Positions 62,150 through 64,000 of a stretch of DNA of 64,000 nt are shown piece after piece; positions within the stretch are counted from its first letter, which is position 1, and each line of letters opens with the position of its first letter. Made by a program: the position numbers and the translations under genes. Below the pieces are notes generated by a model. The model saw nothing but the letters and a program-made list of their open reading frames with translations. It searched no databases and had not been told where the DNA came from. This stretch comes from Euprymna scolopes (Eukaryota): NCBI GenBank assembly GCA_053919585.1, contig CM132815.1. One strand, written 5' to 3'.

Positions 62150-62625
62150 CAGAACCATCCTACAACCACCTTCGCATCCACAAGTAGACCAATCACACAA
62201 TGCCTGAGGTACAATGTCCTAACACGGACTGTGAATATAAAATGGCCTGACTTGGGTGCCGTTGTGATTGCAGCACTCATGATGATATACACGACCATTC
62301 ACAGCGCAGCTGTCCCCTCCGATGCAATTACTGCAAGAGTCAAGAAAGTGAAGCGACCTACTGTATCCCTAACTGGTTCAAGTGAAGACTGGTCCTACTT
62401 CAATACTATTTCGCTGCAATCAAAATCACAGAAAAGGACCTCATCATGCAACTACTAGAATGCTGCAATGAATCCCTATGCAAGGACCTGACTCATACTG
62501 CAGGTGGCTCATGAACTGACAAACCAGAAGCAGATGTGTTGAAAGCAATACGAGTCCTCATGGTCTGAGAGGAGAACACCATGGTGTCACATGTTATTAT
62601 ACACAACATGCACCAGGATTGTAAT
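62150..62625 (+). mobile_element. Gypsy-type gag remnant
   Basis: ARVKKVKRPTVS..GSSEDWSYF, then (frameshifted) QLLECCNESL.KDL and L.AIR.L.V.EENTMV, resembling invertebrate Gypsy gag N-termini. Confidence 0.6.
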
Positions 62626-64000
62626 GAAAAATTGTTCATAGTTAATTGGTAAGGCAGAAATTCCTGGCAAGGTGATCATCCACATGCATTAATTCTAGGG
62701 CAAAATCCATGGTAAAACTTTTTTACATCTTACGATGGAACTAGGAACAAAGAAAGAAAGAAAGTCACTAACTGATTTGTTTTTTCCTCGAAACGGTATT
62801 TATAGTCGGGATTACAACATTCTCAAAAGTTCTAACCTGTTTACTGTATCAATACGTGCAAAGACAAAAATTAGTTTGCATAGTATTTACACGAGCTTGA
62901 AACAGACAACGCCTTGAATGCTATACTATTTGTTTTGTGTGTGCAAAGCAGTGTTTTTCTTAGAACTGACGCTGTCGGAATTTTATCTTACTTCCAGATA
63001 AATTCGACGCTAAAGTAACTAACCTGAAAAAAAAATGACAGCATGGAATAAAGAAGGGAGGAGGGTAAAGAATAAAATATAAAGGTCTTGCTTTGAAACG
63101 AAGAAGAGATTTTATTCACAATAAAATTAGTTGCAAATTTTTCCCTTTGTGGGCATTAAACTTATGAAACACCAAAGTAACATGTAATGAAAAACATAAC
63201 ATTGGTTCTTATAATGAAGATGTCGTATCCATGAAGGAATACAATAATAAGATGCAAAATAGTATCTCCTAATCACACTCTCATATGAAATAAATTTTAG
63301 GAGCGTACTCACAAATTGAAAGCCAGTCAGGCACGTGCCTTTTTCTTTTTTCTTCTCGTTTAAAGTCCTTTTAGAATTTTCTCTCCCTCCGTGTTTGCGT
63401 GCAAACCGGAGACACGCAGATGGATTTCAGAAGTATGGCCGCGTCGCTTGTCTGGGGTTTTCTTTACCGGGTTTTCTTCTTTGTAGGAGGTTCCAAAATT
63501 CCTTGTCACGTAAAATAAGGTATTTTCTTTAAAATAATTCCACTCCTTCTAAAATATGTGCAAAACCGTAGTCACGTAGATAGTTTTCAGAAGTATGTCT
63601 CATCACATACCCGGGGGTTTTCTTCTTTGAAGGAGGCTCATCAAAATTCCATTTTCAGTGCCGGGCAATGAAACAAACGTCCAATCTCCACGTCGGTGGA
63701 ATTTCAAAAGAGGCCGAAATTGCTGCTGGACTCGTGACGTCATCACGGAGCTAGCATTTCTCTTTTCTCCAAATTAAAGGGAGTTTCGTACAAACCCAAA
63801 ATGTACGAAACTAAGAATAAAAAAGATACAAAATACAAAAAATCAAATGCAAGAACCAGATAAAAAAATAATAAATGTAAACGGGGGGGGGATGCACTAT
63901 TATTGGTACAAAAAAAATTCCAACAACGCCTTGAAAATAATTTTGATTAAGTCATTTCCTCTTGACTGTTCAGATTCGTCTGTAAAATTGCAATTCATTT

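Noticed and set aside
63300-63760. CpG-rich segment with TGACGTCA as the promoter of a neighbouring gene
   Set aside because: It contains an internal ~170-bp duplication typical of a repeat, and no adjacent exon could be identified.
1-64000. Species assignment (repeat content is reminiscent of octopod cephalopods)
   Set aside because: Based only on recollection of similar repeats. It needs a BLAST of the ERI2 protein to support it.

Overview
AT-rich, repeat-dense animal genomic DNA. It is not prokaryotic, and almost all ORFs in the supplied track are spurious or transposon-derived. The one host gene I can support is a spliced ERI2-type DEDDh 3'-5' exoribonuclease on the minus strand, which the ORF track mostly misses. 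I assembled eight coding exons by hand, running from ATG 41866 to 12919 (729 nt, 243 codons, all GT-AG, frame-consistent, catalytic D-E-D-H-D intact). Its C-terminal exon(s) were not found in the window. The rest is mobile DNA: about 15 copies of two CR1/Zenon-like LINE subfamilies, a decayed Gypsy provirus carrying a nested gag-only LTR element, a very young TRIM, and an R4/Dong-like REL-endonuclease LINE split by a solo LTR that itself holds a 596-bp foldback element. There are also Tc1/mariner and pogo/Tigger remnants, MITEs, Helentron-like elements, and several hammerhead-ribozyme-like motifs in Penelope/retrozyme-like repeats. A 5.45-kb array of a 69-bp unit with higher-order structure starts about 65 bp into ERI2 intron 8. 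Two assembly gaps are present (26975-27132, 49646-49810). I did not find a demonstrably new biological system. The best leads are the hammerhead-bearing small elements, the intronic satellite and the non-autonomous LTR elements.
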